Positions 19,412 through 26,803 of a stretch of 64,000 bases of DNA are shown here, piece by piece. The position numbers were made by a program, and so were the translations under genes. Every line of letters starts with the position of its first letter. Position 1 is the first letter of the stretch. The DNA lies in assembly GCA_021824285.1 (NCBI GenBank), contig JAKAKZ010000001.1, positions 4,096-68,095 on the forward strand. Direction: 5' to 3'. Source of the stretch: a bacterium. Its GTDB lineage: Bacteria; Patescibacteriota; Patescibacteriia; SG8-24. Below the pieces are notes generated by a model. The model was given only the letters and a program-made list of their open reading frames with translations. It had not been told where the DNA came from and ran no database searches.

Positions 19412-21166
19412 TTAGAGCGGGTTGCCGAAGGCGTACATGAACAGGAATGCGGGATTCATGTCCACGACTTTGGTTTTCCAGTCAGACCCGTACAGATCAG
19501 CCGCCATGGCCTCGTCCCTGACGGCGCGCAGGATGCCGCCGTTAGAAACGACGTAGACGGTAGGATCGCTTTGGAACTTGACCATATGGGTCCCGGGATG
19601 GAAGCGGACATTCTGCCCGATCGGGAGAGAGGCCATGAGATCGGCGGAAACGACCTGCACGTCGCTAGAGTCCTTAAACCATGAGGCGAACACCTGATCG
19701 TTGACGAACACGTGGCGGCGACCGTCCGCTCCGCAGTAATAGACAGCGGCGTCGGTCGACGTCTTGATCAGGGTGCCGACGGTGCAGACCGGCGAGGAGA
19801 TCAGGTGACTGGCGCCGAGATCATCGTCGATCGTCTTGACAGATGCCGACTCGTCTTCGGGGAAGAAACCCGAAACGGCATGCCGAGCAGCTTCGACGAC
19901 GGTGTCGGTGGTGGCGTTGGCGACGGTGTCGATGGTTGCGTCGGCGGAAACGCCGCCGGCGGTCGTGAAGCCGGTATCGCTGGAGTCAGAAGTGAGGACT
20001 TTCGAATCAGCATCCAGGCCTTCGACCACCAGTTTGGCCGACTTCGTGCTCACGGCCGGAACCAGCCAGTCGAAATAACCCTTGTTCACGGGAAGGTTAT
20101 CCGCGATGACCGTCGGGTAGCTGTTGCCGTCGTCAGCTGAAAGCTTGAGACGAGCGCTAACGACCTCGCCACCTCCGAAGCCGAACAGGACAAGCTTATG
20201 CTCACCGGCCTTCATGATTTCGCCGCCGTTGGGATAGGAAAGTACCGCAGTCGGCGCCCGGCGGGTCCTGGCGTAGAGAGAAACCGTCAGATCCTTCGTA
20301 TCCGGATCGCCGTTATAGAAGGACGTGTCGGACTGGATCCAGTCGGTCGAAATCGGATAGACGCCGACGGGGTTCGTGGTCGTGATCGAAACGGAGAATA
20401 CACAGGAGGCCCCTGGCGCCAGGTCCAGACCGCTCATGCTGATATCCGAGGTCGCATCGGAGGCGACGATGGTGCCGCACGAACCTTGGACGGCGCTCGG
20501 CGTGGAGGTCAGGAATCCGGACGGAAGGACGTTCGTGAACCGGATATTGGTCTGCGTCACCACGGTGCTCGGGTTGGTGACCGTGTAGGTAACGCGCGTG
20601 GTGCCGCCCAGGCTGATGGTGCTCGGATTGAAGGATTCGACGAGCCGTGGCGTCGGCAGGACCTCGATGGTGAACTGGTCCGACGTGACCGGGCTGGCAA
20701 GCTCGGCCGCGGACAGCTGGACGGTGAATTCCTTCACGCCGGACGTCGTGCCCTTAACATCAAGCCAGAACTGGCAGTAGGAGCCGTTCGTCGCCGGCAG
20801 CGAGCCGCCGCTGAAGGCAATCGTGCTGGAGCCGGCAATCGCAGTGACGGTGCCGCCGCAAGTGGTGCCTCCGAGACCGTTCGGCGTCTTGACGATAAGG
20901 CCGGACGGAAGATTCAGGGTGAACGCCAGTGAGCTAAGGGCGGTATAACCGGTATTAATGACGGAAAACCTAATATAATCCGACCCATTGATCTGGATAT
21001 AGGAAGTGCCGTGACCGACGGACAGGACCGCCGCCGACGTCAGGGCGGCCGCGGAATACGGGCGGGCGCCGGGAAACGCGCCGATGACTCCCAGAACCGC
21101 AATTCCGACGGACGTGACGGAAACGGCCAGACGGCTAAATAACCCACTACCTGAATGAGGACGCAT
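19412..21166 (-). CDS. Secreted surface protein with two DUF11-like Ig-type repeats and a CPR-type C-terminal domain
   Basis: Signal-like N-terminus; two LPSG...CG...SG..L...C repeats; LSYPNGGE; GTLIK...AVYY..ADGRRHVF.N..VFASWF. Confidence 0.7.
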   Translation of the reverse strand: MRPHSGSGLFSRLAVSVTSVGIAVLGVIGAFPGARPYSAAALTSAAVLSVGHGTSYIQINGSDYIRFSVINTGYTALSSLAFTLNLPSGLIVKTPNGLGGTTCGGTVTAIAGSSTIAFSGGSLPATNGSYCQFWLDVKGTTSGVKEFTVQLSAAELASPVTSDQFTIEVLPTPRLVESFNPSTISLGGTTRVTYTVTNPSTVVTQTNIRFTNVLPSGFLTSTPSAVQGSCGTIVASDATSDISMSGLDLAPGASCVFSVSITTTNPVGVYPISTDWIQSDTSFYNGDPDTKDLTVSLYARTRRAPTAVLSYPNGGEIMKAGEHKLVLFGFGGGEVVSARLKLSADDGNSYPTVIADNLPVNKGYFDWLVPAVSTKSAKLVVEGLDADSKVLTSDSSDTGFTTAGGVSADATIDTVANATTDTVVEAARHAVSGFFPEDESASVKTIDDDLGASHLISSPVCTVGTLIKTSTDAAVYYCGADGRRHVFVNDQVFASWFKDSSDVQVVSADLMASLPIGQNVRFHPGTHMVKFQSDPTVYVVSNGGILRAVRDEAMAADLYGSDWKTKVVDMNPAFLFMYAFGNPL

Positions 21167-21367
21167 AGTGCTCTCGAGTAAGAATTTATGGAATTGAAAA
21201 GTAGCACAGATTCCGATTAACGTCAATCTGGCCAGACCGGGAAAATACCGGAGCAGATCGGCTCATCTTAGAGGACAACAAAAGGCGCGCCGGCGGTCCC
21301 GCGCATGTCAGAATCAGAAGCCCCGGAAGATAAGGAACTGCCGCAGCAGACACGCCGGCATGCGGCG

Positions 21368-22030
21368 TCAAAGGCCGAAACGTCCGATCAGCTCGGCATA
21401 TGAATCGAAAGTGGATTTCGCGCCGAATTTCAATAACTGCCCATTCGAGAACGAGGTCGTTATCCCGAGCACGCCGCATCCGGCGGCGACGGCCGACCGG
21501 ATGCCGTTATCCGAGTCTTCGATGACCAAACAGCTACCGGCCGGAAGCTCGAGCTTGGCCACGGCCTTGCGGTATGGCTCCGGGTCGGGCTTGCCGTGCG
21601 TCAGTTCGTCGCCGGTCGTGACCGCATCAAAATACTGTCCGATGCCCAGCCGCCGAAACGTATCCTGCTGGATGGCGGCGTTACTGGAAGTACAGAAGCC
21701 GATTCGCCGTACACGCGGCCGCAGCCGCCGGATGAATTCCACGGCGCCGGGCACGGCCGGCACGCCGTCGGAGAGCAACTGCGCGTACAAGACGGTCTTC
21801 CGCCGCAGCAGATCGCGTATGTCCGGAAGTTCCCGATGGCCGTAACGGCGGAAGAGGTCCTCAAAAATCTCATCCGTACGCATTCCCTGAAAATTGGCCC
21901 AGTCGGTTAGGGGCACGTCAAAACCGTATTCACGGCACAAGGCCTGCTCCGACACCGCATGCAAATGTTCCGAATCCGTGATGACGCCGTCCATGTCGAA
22001 GATGACGGCAGAATAATCTGTCAGCTGCAT
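21368..22030 (-). CDS. HAD-family phosphatase (beta-PGM/CbbY-like)
   Basis: IFDMDGVITDSE, GKPDPEPY, LVIEDSDNG. Confidence 0.9.
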   Translation of the reverse strand: MQLTDYSAVIFDMDGVITDSEHLHAVSEQALCREYGFDVPLTDWANFQGMRTDEIFEDLFRRYGHRELPDIRDLLRRKTVLYAQLLSDGVPAVPGAVEFIRRLRPRVRRIGFCTSSNAAIQQDTFRRLGIGQYFDAVTTGDELTHGKPDPEPYRKAVAKLELPAGSCLVIEDSDNGIRSAVAAGCGVLGITTSFSNGQLLKFGAKSTFDSYAELIGRFGL

Positions 22031-22120
22031 GACGCCATGTTAGCCTAAATAAGCCAAATTTCAAATGATTAGATTCTTTGGCGATCGGTCGGCGGCTGAC
22101 GGTTGCCAGAATCCGGCCGC

Positions 22121-22129
22121 TGATATAAT
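22121..22129 (+). promoter_or_regulatory. Extended -10 promoter for the tRNA-Ser locus
   Basis: TGATATAAT about 100 nt upstream of the first tRNA copy. Confidence 0.55.
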
Positions 22130-22152
22130 ATGCCTCCACGTATTGAGAGCGT

Positions 22153-22224
22153 TAAGTTTGAAGTGTGAAGAGTGTAGGGCGCGGCCCTTGTAACTTCGGA
22201 CTTCCAGCTCCACACTCCATCCTA
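22153..22224. repeat. 7-nt-periodic inverted repeat in the tRNA-Ser leader
   Basis: AG(T) at 22155/162/169/176 mirrored by (A/G/C)CT at 22186/193/200/207/214/221. Confidence 0.65.
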
Positions 22225-22229
22225 CCCAC

Positions 22230-22343
22230 GGAGAGGTCGCATAGAGGTCTAGTGCACTCGCTTGGAAAGCGAGCAGACCGCAAGGTCTCGAGGGTTCGCC
22301 CGGTCATCCGACCGGGCGCCCAGTCGAATGACTGGGCGAATCC
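22230..22343 (+). pseudogene. Interrupted 5' copy of tRNA-Ser(GGA)
   Basis: 22230-22298 identical to 22605-22673; 40-bp insertion after GGTTCG, then AATCC, no 3' acceptor strand. Confidence 0.9.
22299..22338. repeat. Two tandem 20-bp palindromic insertions in the T-loop
   Basis: CG|CCCGGTC-ATCC-GACCGGG-CG|CCCAGTC-GAAT-GACTGGG-CG|AATCC. Confidence 0.85.
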
Positions 22344-22349
22344 ACTTAC

Positions 22350-22619
22350 ATGAAATACGTCTATCTGCTTAAATTGCGGAACGGCGACATCTATAAAGGA
22401 TCAACCGGTGATTTGCGCCGCCGGATGGAAGAGCACCGACTTGGTAAGGTCGAATCGACGAAACACTTCCGGCCGCTATCGCTAATAGGCTACGAGGCAT
22501 ATCAGAATCACGAAGACGCTGAACGCCGCGAGCGATTCCTGAAGACAACCGGGGGGGAAAGGCTGCTGAAACAGCAATACAAAAACGCCATAACCCAACC
22601 ATACGGAGAGGTCGCATAG
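22350..22619 (+). CDS. Small stand-alone GIY-YIG nuclease
   Basis: YVYLL...IYKGST..LRRR..EH..G...ST...RP..L...E......A..RE..LK; stop codon lies inside the tRNA. Confidence 0.9.
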   Translation: MKYVYLLKLRNGDIYKGSTGDLRRRMEEHRLGKVESTKHFRPLSLIGYEAYQNHEDAERRERFLKTTGGERLLKQQYKNAITQPYGEVA

Positions 22620-22692
22620 AGGTCTAGTGCACTCGCTTGGAAAGCGAGCAGACCGCAAGGTCTCGAGGGTTCGAATCCCTCCCTCTCCGCCA
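22605..22692 (+). tRNA. tRNA-Ser(GGA)
   Basis: GGAGAGG/CCTCTCC acceptor stem, CTCGC-TTGGAAA-GCGAG anticodon arm, long variable arm, G discriminator, CCA. Confidence 0.97.
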
Positions 22693-22870
22693 TCAAATAC
22701 GGCACCGCTTAATGCGGGGCCGTATTTGATTGATGGGCTGAGGGGGATTCGAAGCCGACGGCGAGGACTGCCTAGTATGGCAGTCCGAGACGCGGCGGGC
22801 TCCGGATGAGGCCGCGCAAATGTCTTTTTCTAGCGCGGCCGAGGGAGGAGGAATCCCTCCCTCTCCGCCA
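22693..22870 (+). repeat. tRNA-linked palindromic unit ending in a 20-bp copy of the tRNA 3' end
   Basis: 22851-22870 identical to 22673-22692 (GAATCCCTCCCTCTCCGCCA); internal hairpins and an inverted GGGATTCGAA. Confidence 0.8.
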
Positions 22871-22872
22871 CG

Positions 22873-22935
22873 AACCCGTCAGCCCAGGCTGGCGGGTTTT
22901 TGAGATAATGAAAAACCCGTCCGAGCGGACGGGTT
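22873..22935. terminator. Two convergent intrinsic terminators
   Basis: AACCCGTCAGC...GCTGGCGGGTTTTT (+) and AAAAACCCGTCCG..CGGACGGGTT (-). Confidence 0.65.
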
Positions 22936-22940
22936 AATGA

Positions 22941-23555
22941 TTATTCGGGAGACTTCATCGGCGGAACCGCCGGCGGCAGCTCGTAGAACTGGACGTCCTC
23001 GCGGCCGGGCTCGATGCCGTAGCCGCCACGGCCGTTGCCTTGGCCGTCGCCGCCCTGGCCGTCACCGTCGCCGTCCCCGTCGCCGCCCTCACCGTCGCCG
23101 CCTCCGCCCTTGCGGCCGAATTCGACGACGACCGGACGGCCGTTCTTGAGCATCAGTCGGGCGCGGTCCGCGCCCTTGTGCATGTTCCGGGAGTACGGCA
23201 GGACGTAGGCCCGCGGCTCGCCGTCACGCGACGTGTAGCCCAGAGGATTCGCGCGGGGATCGCCGCCGGAATCCAGAGAGCGTAGCCACAGGTAGATGGC
23301 GCCGGGATCGCTGCCGTCGGGCCGCGGTTCACGGACCATCACCCAGAAGACCATGGCCTTCCGGGGCGGTGACGAGTCCGTCGGCCAGCCCTTGTAGCTG
23401 CCGAGGGAGGACCAGATGACGATGCAGAAGGCCGGCACCACGACGATCACCAGAAGCTTCTGCCACCAGTTCCACTTGGTGCCGATGAGAATCAGGCACA
23501 GCACCACGGCGAGCAGGAAGAAGGCCAGCGGAATGGCCAAAGTGCGCGGATCCAT
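22941..23555 (-). CDS. 2-TM membrane protein with Gly/Asp-rich linker and Pro-rich tail (third gene of the MotA-like operon)
   Basis: Two N-terminal TMs, GWP, EPRAYVLPY, FYELPPAVPP; AAGGAGGT SD; overlaps upstream stop. Confidence 0.75.
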   Translation of the reverse strand: MDPRTLAIPLAFFLLAVVLCLILIGTKWNWWQKLLVIVVVPAFCIVIWSSLGSYKGWPTDSSPPRKAMVFWVMVREPRPDGSDPGAIYLWLRSLDSGGDPRANPLGYTSRDGEPRAYVLPYSRNMHKGADRARLMLKNGRPVVVEFGRKGGGGDGEGGDGDGDGDGQGGDGQGNGRGGYGIEPGREDVQFYELPPAVPPMKSPE

Positions 23556-24184
23556 CACTGACCTCCTTGGGGTCGGCCATGTGCCCCGCCAACGATCGGC
23601 CGTTCCAGCTCGTTGATCTCGCTGATGGTCCCGTCCGGGCGGACGGTAAACCGGAAGGCGGTCCCCTCTTCGCCGTTGGTCTTGAGGACCAGATCGCGAC
23701 GCTTGATCTCCTGGTCCTCGCCCTTCAGGCTGAAGAGCCGGACCGTGACCGGCGTCGGATCGGTCTCCCGCTTGTGGTACATGTGGATCGCCACGATGTA
23801 CTCGCCGGGAATCGTCCCGCGCAGGATGGTGCGCTCCTCGTTACGCGCGACGTTCACCTGACCGCTCTGCGTGTCGACCCGGTCGCTCGTCGCGCCCTGG
23901 TCATCGTGCTCAAGATGCATGAGACCGATGTCGCGGGCCGAGAAGAAAGCGATCCGGCCGGTCGGGTCCTCGACGTAGAGGTCCACGTCGTCGCCCGACG
24001 CGTCCGGCCACTCCATGACCACGGCGTAGACGCCGTCGGTCTTGAGCGCGGCCTGCTGCGCCCGCTGGCGCTCGGCACGATGGCTGACGTCGGAGAGCAT
24101 CATGAGACCCAGCAGCATGGCCAGGTTGCTCATGAGGAAATCGACGAACAGCGTCTTGCCGAAGAGCTGCGGCCGGCGCTTCAC
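23555..24184 (-). CDS. MotB/ExbD-like single-TM protein with YfaP-like extracytoplasmic domain
   Basis: LFVDFLM TM with Asp; W.....DDVDLYVEDP..., HDDQG, NEE, PGEYIVAIHMY; GTGA coupling. Confidence 0.65.
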   Translation of the reverse strand: MKRRPQLFGKTLFVDFLMSNLAMLLGLMMLSDVSHRAERQRAQQAALKTDGVYAVVMEWPDASGDDVDLYVEDPTGRIAFFSARDIGLMHLEHDDQGATSDRVDTQSGQVNVARNEERTILRGTIPGEYIVAIHMYHKRETDPTPVTVRLFSLKGEDQEIKRRDLVLKTNGEEGTAFRFTVRPDGTISEINELERPIVGGAHGRPQGGQ

Positions 24185-24693
24185 GGCTTCCTCGCCGCGT
24201 TGCGCACATCGGAAGCCGGCTTCGCCGGCTGCGGCCTCAAGGCCTGGCCGAGGAAGTGACTCTGCAGCTCGATGAGCAGGCCGCAGGCGCCTCCGACGAT
24301 GGTGTTGATGAGCACGGTGCCCATGCCGGTGCGGATCTGCCGCACCAGCTGTTCGGCGGCATCAGCGCCGCCGTTCGAGACGTCCTGCATCATCAGGAAG
24401 TAGCCCACGACCGTGCCGAGCAGGCCCAGGGTCACGCAGACGCTCGAGGCGAACCAGCCGCTTTCGAGCTCATGACGGAGCGTTTCCTGGTCCCGGCCGT
24501 TCGAAGCGCGCCAGGCGAGCCGACCGCACCAGAGCGTGGTCAGCAGAAAGACACCGAAGGTCACGAGCGTGATGTGCGTCGGGTCGCCCCGCAGCACATA
24601 GTGCGACCAGCCGAGCCGCGACAGGATGACGAAGCCCACGGCCACGGCGCAGGCAAACAACGACCACTGCAGGAACAGGCGCTTGCCTTGCAT
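24181..24693 (-). CDS. MotA/TolQ/ExbB proton-channel family protein
   Basis: LGLLGTVVG and GMGTVLINTIVG signature helices; AGGAG SD. Confidence 0.8.
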   Translation of the reverse strand: MQGKRLFLQWSLFACAVAVGFVILSRLGWSHYVLRGDPTHITLVTFGVFLLTTLWCGRLAWRASNGRDQETLRHELESGWFASSVCVTLGLLGTVVGYFLMMQDVSNGGADAAEQLVRQIRTGMGTVLINTIVGGACGLLIELQSHFLGQALRPQPAKPASDVRNAARKP

Positions 24694-24869
24694 GTTTTTC
24701 TCCTAATAAAAAGAACCCTATGGCTCAGCATACTGGACAGCGAAGAAAGCGCAAGGCCGGGAATCTTGCCGTCGAAAGGGACCGCCCAGATGGACGTTTA
24801 TCCACAACAGCCGTTTATGCCAAAGCAGACGGAAAGCGTGCTATGATTTCCCTGACTGATACCATAATT

Positions 24870-25169
24870 ATGAACGAAAACGTTTGGTACATACTCTTTT
24901 CCGCCATCACGGCGTTGATGTCCATACTCGGGGTTTGGGCGGCGAAACGCGCGATGCAGCGTGGTCTGACCTATAGCGCGATGGCGGCTACGCTGTGGGC
25001 GCTGGTCTTCTTCGCCGTCGGCCGCGTCTGGCACACTTACCGCGAAATCGAAAGCCTGGAAGGCGAATGGGCCGAGATGCTGGAATACTCGATTTACCTG
25101 TGCGGCTATCTGCTGTTCATCTGGCTGACCGCCCTCTCGGGAAAGGTCAAGACAGTGGTCCGTCAGTGA
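24870..25169 (+). CDS. Small 3-TM membrane protein (paralog 1)
   Basis: Hydrophobic ORF after TGCTATGAT extended -10; AMQRGLTYSAMAATL motif. Confidence 0.7.
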   Translation: MNENVWYILFSAITALMSILGVWAAKRAMQRGLTYSAMAATLWALVFFAVGRVWHTYREIESLEGEWAEMLEYSIYLCGYLLFIWLTALSGKVKTVVRQ

Positions 25170-25364
25170 TGAGCCGGCCGGGGGGTCAAAACGCGGCGAA
25201 AGCGCGTTTTCGTTTTGAGGTGCAATCGCCGCCGGCACAAAGCGCAAAAAGGGCGCGGATGCGGATTTTTTACGTTCGGTAGCGGTATTCTGCAATTTGC
25301 CCGGCACTAGGCCGCGTGATATATTTGCCTAATCAATGAGGCAAAATCATCAACTTAAATCGCT

Positions 25365-25703
25365 ATGGGTCAAATCATCACTATCAACATGATTCTGGCC
25401 GTCGTCACGGCGCTTTTGGCCGGTGCCGCGGTCGTTTCTGCGGAGCACGCGATGCGTACGGGACTGACTTATAGCGCCATGCGGGCCACGCTGATCGTGC
25501 TGGTGTTCGTGGCCCTCGCGCATCTGGTGCACGCCTTCGCGGAGATGCTCGGATTCGAGTTCGATAAGAAAATAGCCTTTGCCCAATACGGCCTGTACAT
25601 CATCGGCTACTCGGCATTCGTGCTGTTGAGCATCAACGCACTCAAACTGCGCCGGCCAGCGCCACCGAGCCAAGGAGCCGGGCAGAACCAGAAGCGCCAA
25701 TAA
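25365..25703 (+). CDS. Small 3-TM membrane protein (paralog 2)
   Basis: AMRTGLTYSAMRATL motif; own TTGCCC-17-TATATT promoter and downstream hairpin. Confidence 0.7.
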   Translation: MGQIITINMILAVVTALLAGAAVVSAEHAMRTGLTYSAMRATLIVLVFVALAHLVHAFAEMLGFEFDKKIAFAQYGLYIIGYSAFVLLSINALKLRRPAPPSQGAGQNQKRQ

Positions 25704-25737
25704 AATAGTCCGCCGCGGAAAGCGGCGGATTTCAGTC

Positions 25738-26793
25738 TCAGCGGCGAATCAGCATGCCATCGCCGAAAGAGAAGAGCCGGAAGCCGCGACGGACGGCGTA
25801 ACGGTACGCCCGAAGCAGGCGCTCGCGGCCGACCAGAGCAGCGACCAGCATCAGCAGCGAGGAGCGCGGCACATGAAAATTGGTGATCAAGCCGTCGACG
25901 ACGCGAAACCGGTATCCCGGACGGATAAAGAGTCGAGTGGCGCCGTCGCGGCGCAATCCCCTGCCAGTCGCGGCCGACTCCAGGGCGCGCACGACTGTAG
26001 TGCCCACGGCAACCACCGGGCGTCCAGCGGCTTTAGCCCGCCGAATGGCCGCCGCCGTCTTCACTGGAATTTCATAATGTTCCTCGTGCAAACGGCCCTG
26101 CGCGACCTGCTCCGGTTTGAGCGGCAGGAACGTGCCGAGATTCACATGCAAAGTCACGAAGGCAATCTCGTGCCCGGCCGCGCGCAGCGCACGGAGAAGA
26201 CGGGGCGTGATGTGCAGGGAGGCCGTCGGGGCCGCCACGGAACCCGTACGGCGGGCAAAAACGGTCTGGTATTTCGCGCGGATCGCTGCTTCGCGCAGCG
26301 GCGTTTTTTTGAGGTACGGCGGCAACGGCATCGCACCATGACGGCGGCAGAGGTCCAGAACCGTGCCGCGGGCGGACAGCCGCATCGTATAGCGCCCCTG
26401 TTCCACGGACTCGATATGAATCCAGGTCGACCCGACCCGCACACGGCTACCAGGCGTGAGCGGCCGGTCACAGAGCGCCTCGAAGCGCCCGCGGCCCGGC
26501 AGGTCACGGACATAGAGCAGGCGGGCCTGACCGCCCGTTTCCTTAGTCACCGTGAGCCGCGCCGGAATGACCTTGGTCTCGTTGAGGACGACCAGTGATC
26601 GTGGCGGAAGGTACCTGGGCAAATTACGGAACGTATCCTCCCCGACCACGCCGCGGCGCGGTTCGAGCACCAAAAGCCGCGCCGCATCGCGCGGCACTGC
26701 CGGCTCGAGCGCGACCGCCGAGTCAGGATACGAATAATCGTAGGATTTCAGCAGGCGTTCAAAGGAGTCCATCGGGGTCATCGACACATGCAT
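25738..26793 (-). CDS. queA: S-adenosylmethionine:tRNA ribosyltransferase-isomerase
   Basis: NETKVIPARL, PLPPY, GSVAAPTASLH, AVGTTVVRALES, ITNFHVPRSSL, FSFGDGMLI. Confidence 0.95.
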   Translation of the reverse strand: MHVSMTPMDSFERLLKSYDYSYPDSAVALEPAVPRDAARLLVLEPRRGVVGEDTFRNLPRYLPPRSLVVLNETKVIPARLTVTKETGGQARLLYVRDLPGRGRFEALCDRPLTPGSRVRVGSTWIHIESVEQGRYTMRLSARGTVLDLCRRHGAMPLPPYLKKTPLREAAIRAKYQTVFARRTGSVAAPTASLHITPRLLRALRAAGHEIAFVTLHVNLGTFLPLKPEQVAQGRLHEEHYEIPVKTAAAIRRAKAAGRPVVAVGTTVVRALESAATGRGLRRDGATRLFIRPGYRFRVVDGLITNFHVPRSSLLMLVAALVGRERLLRAYRYAVRRGFRLFSFGDGMLIRR

Positions 26794-26803
26794 GGTTGCC
26801 TGT

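Noticed and set aside
22551-22557. G7 tract in the GIY-YIG gene as a phase-variation switch
   Set aside because: Short, in frame, near the C-terminus and unremarkable in high-GC DNA.
22299-22673. Group I or other intron in tRNA-Ser encoding a homing endonuclease
   Set aside because: There is no room for a ribozyme core outside the ORF, and a complete uninterrupted tRNA follows, so splicing is unnecessary.
22230-22870. CRISPR array
   Set aside because: The repeats are tRNA fragments of unequal length with no regular spacers, and no cas genes are present.
22941-24693. Zorya defence system
   Set aside because: The A subunit lacks the long cytoplasmic tail, the B subunit lacks an OmpA-like domain, and no ZorC/D/E genes are present.
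24798-24806. DnaA box TTATCCACA (near matches around 12871 and 41731) as an origin
   Set aside because: The boxes are isolated, with no cluster, AT-rich unwinding element or dnaA nearby.
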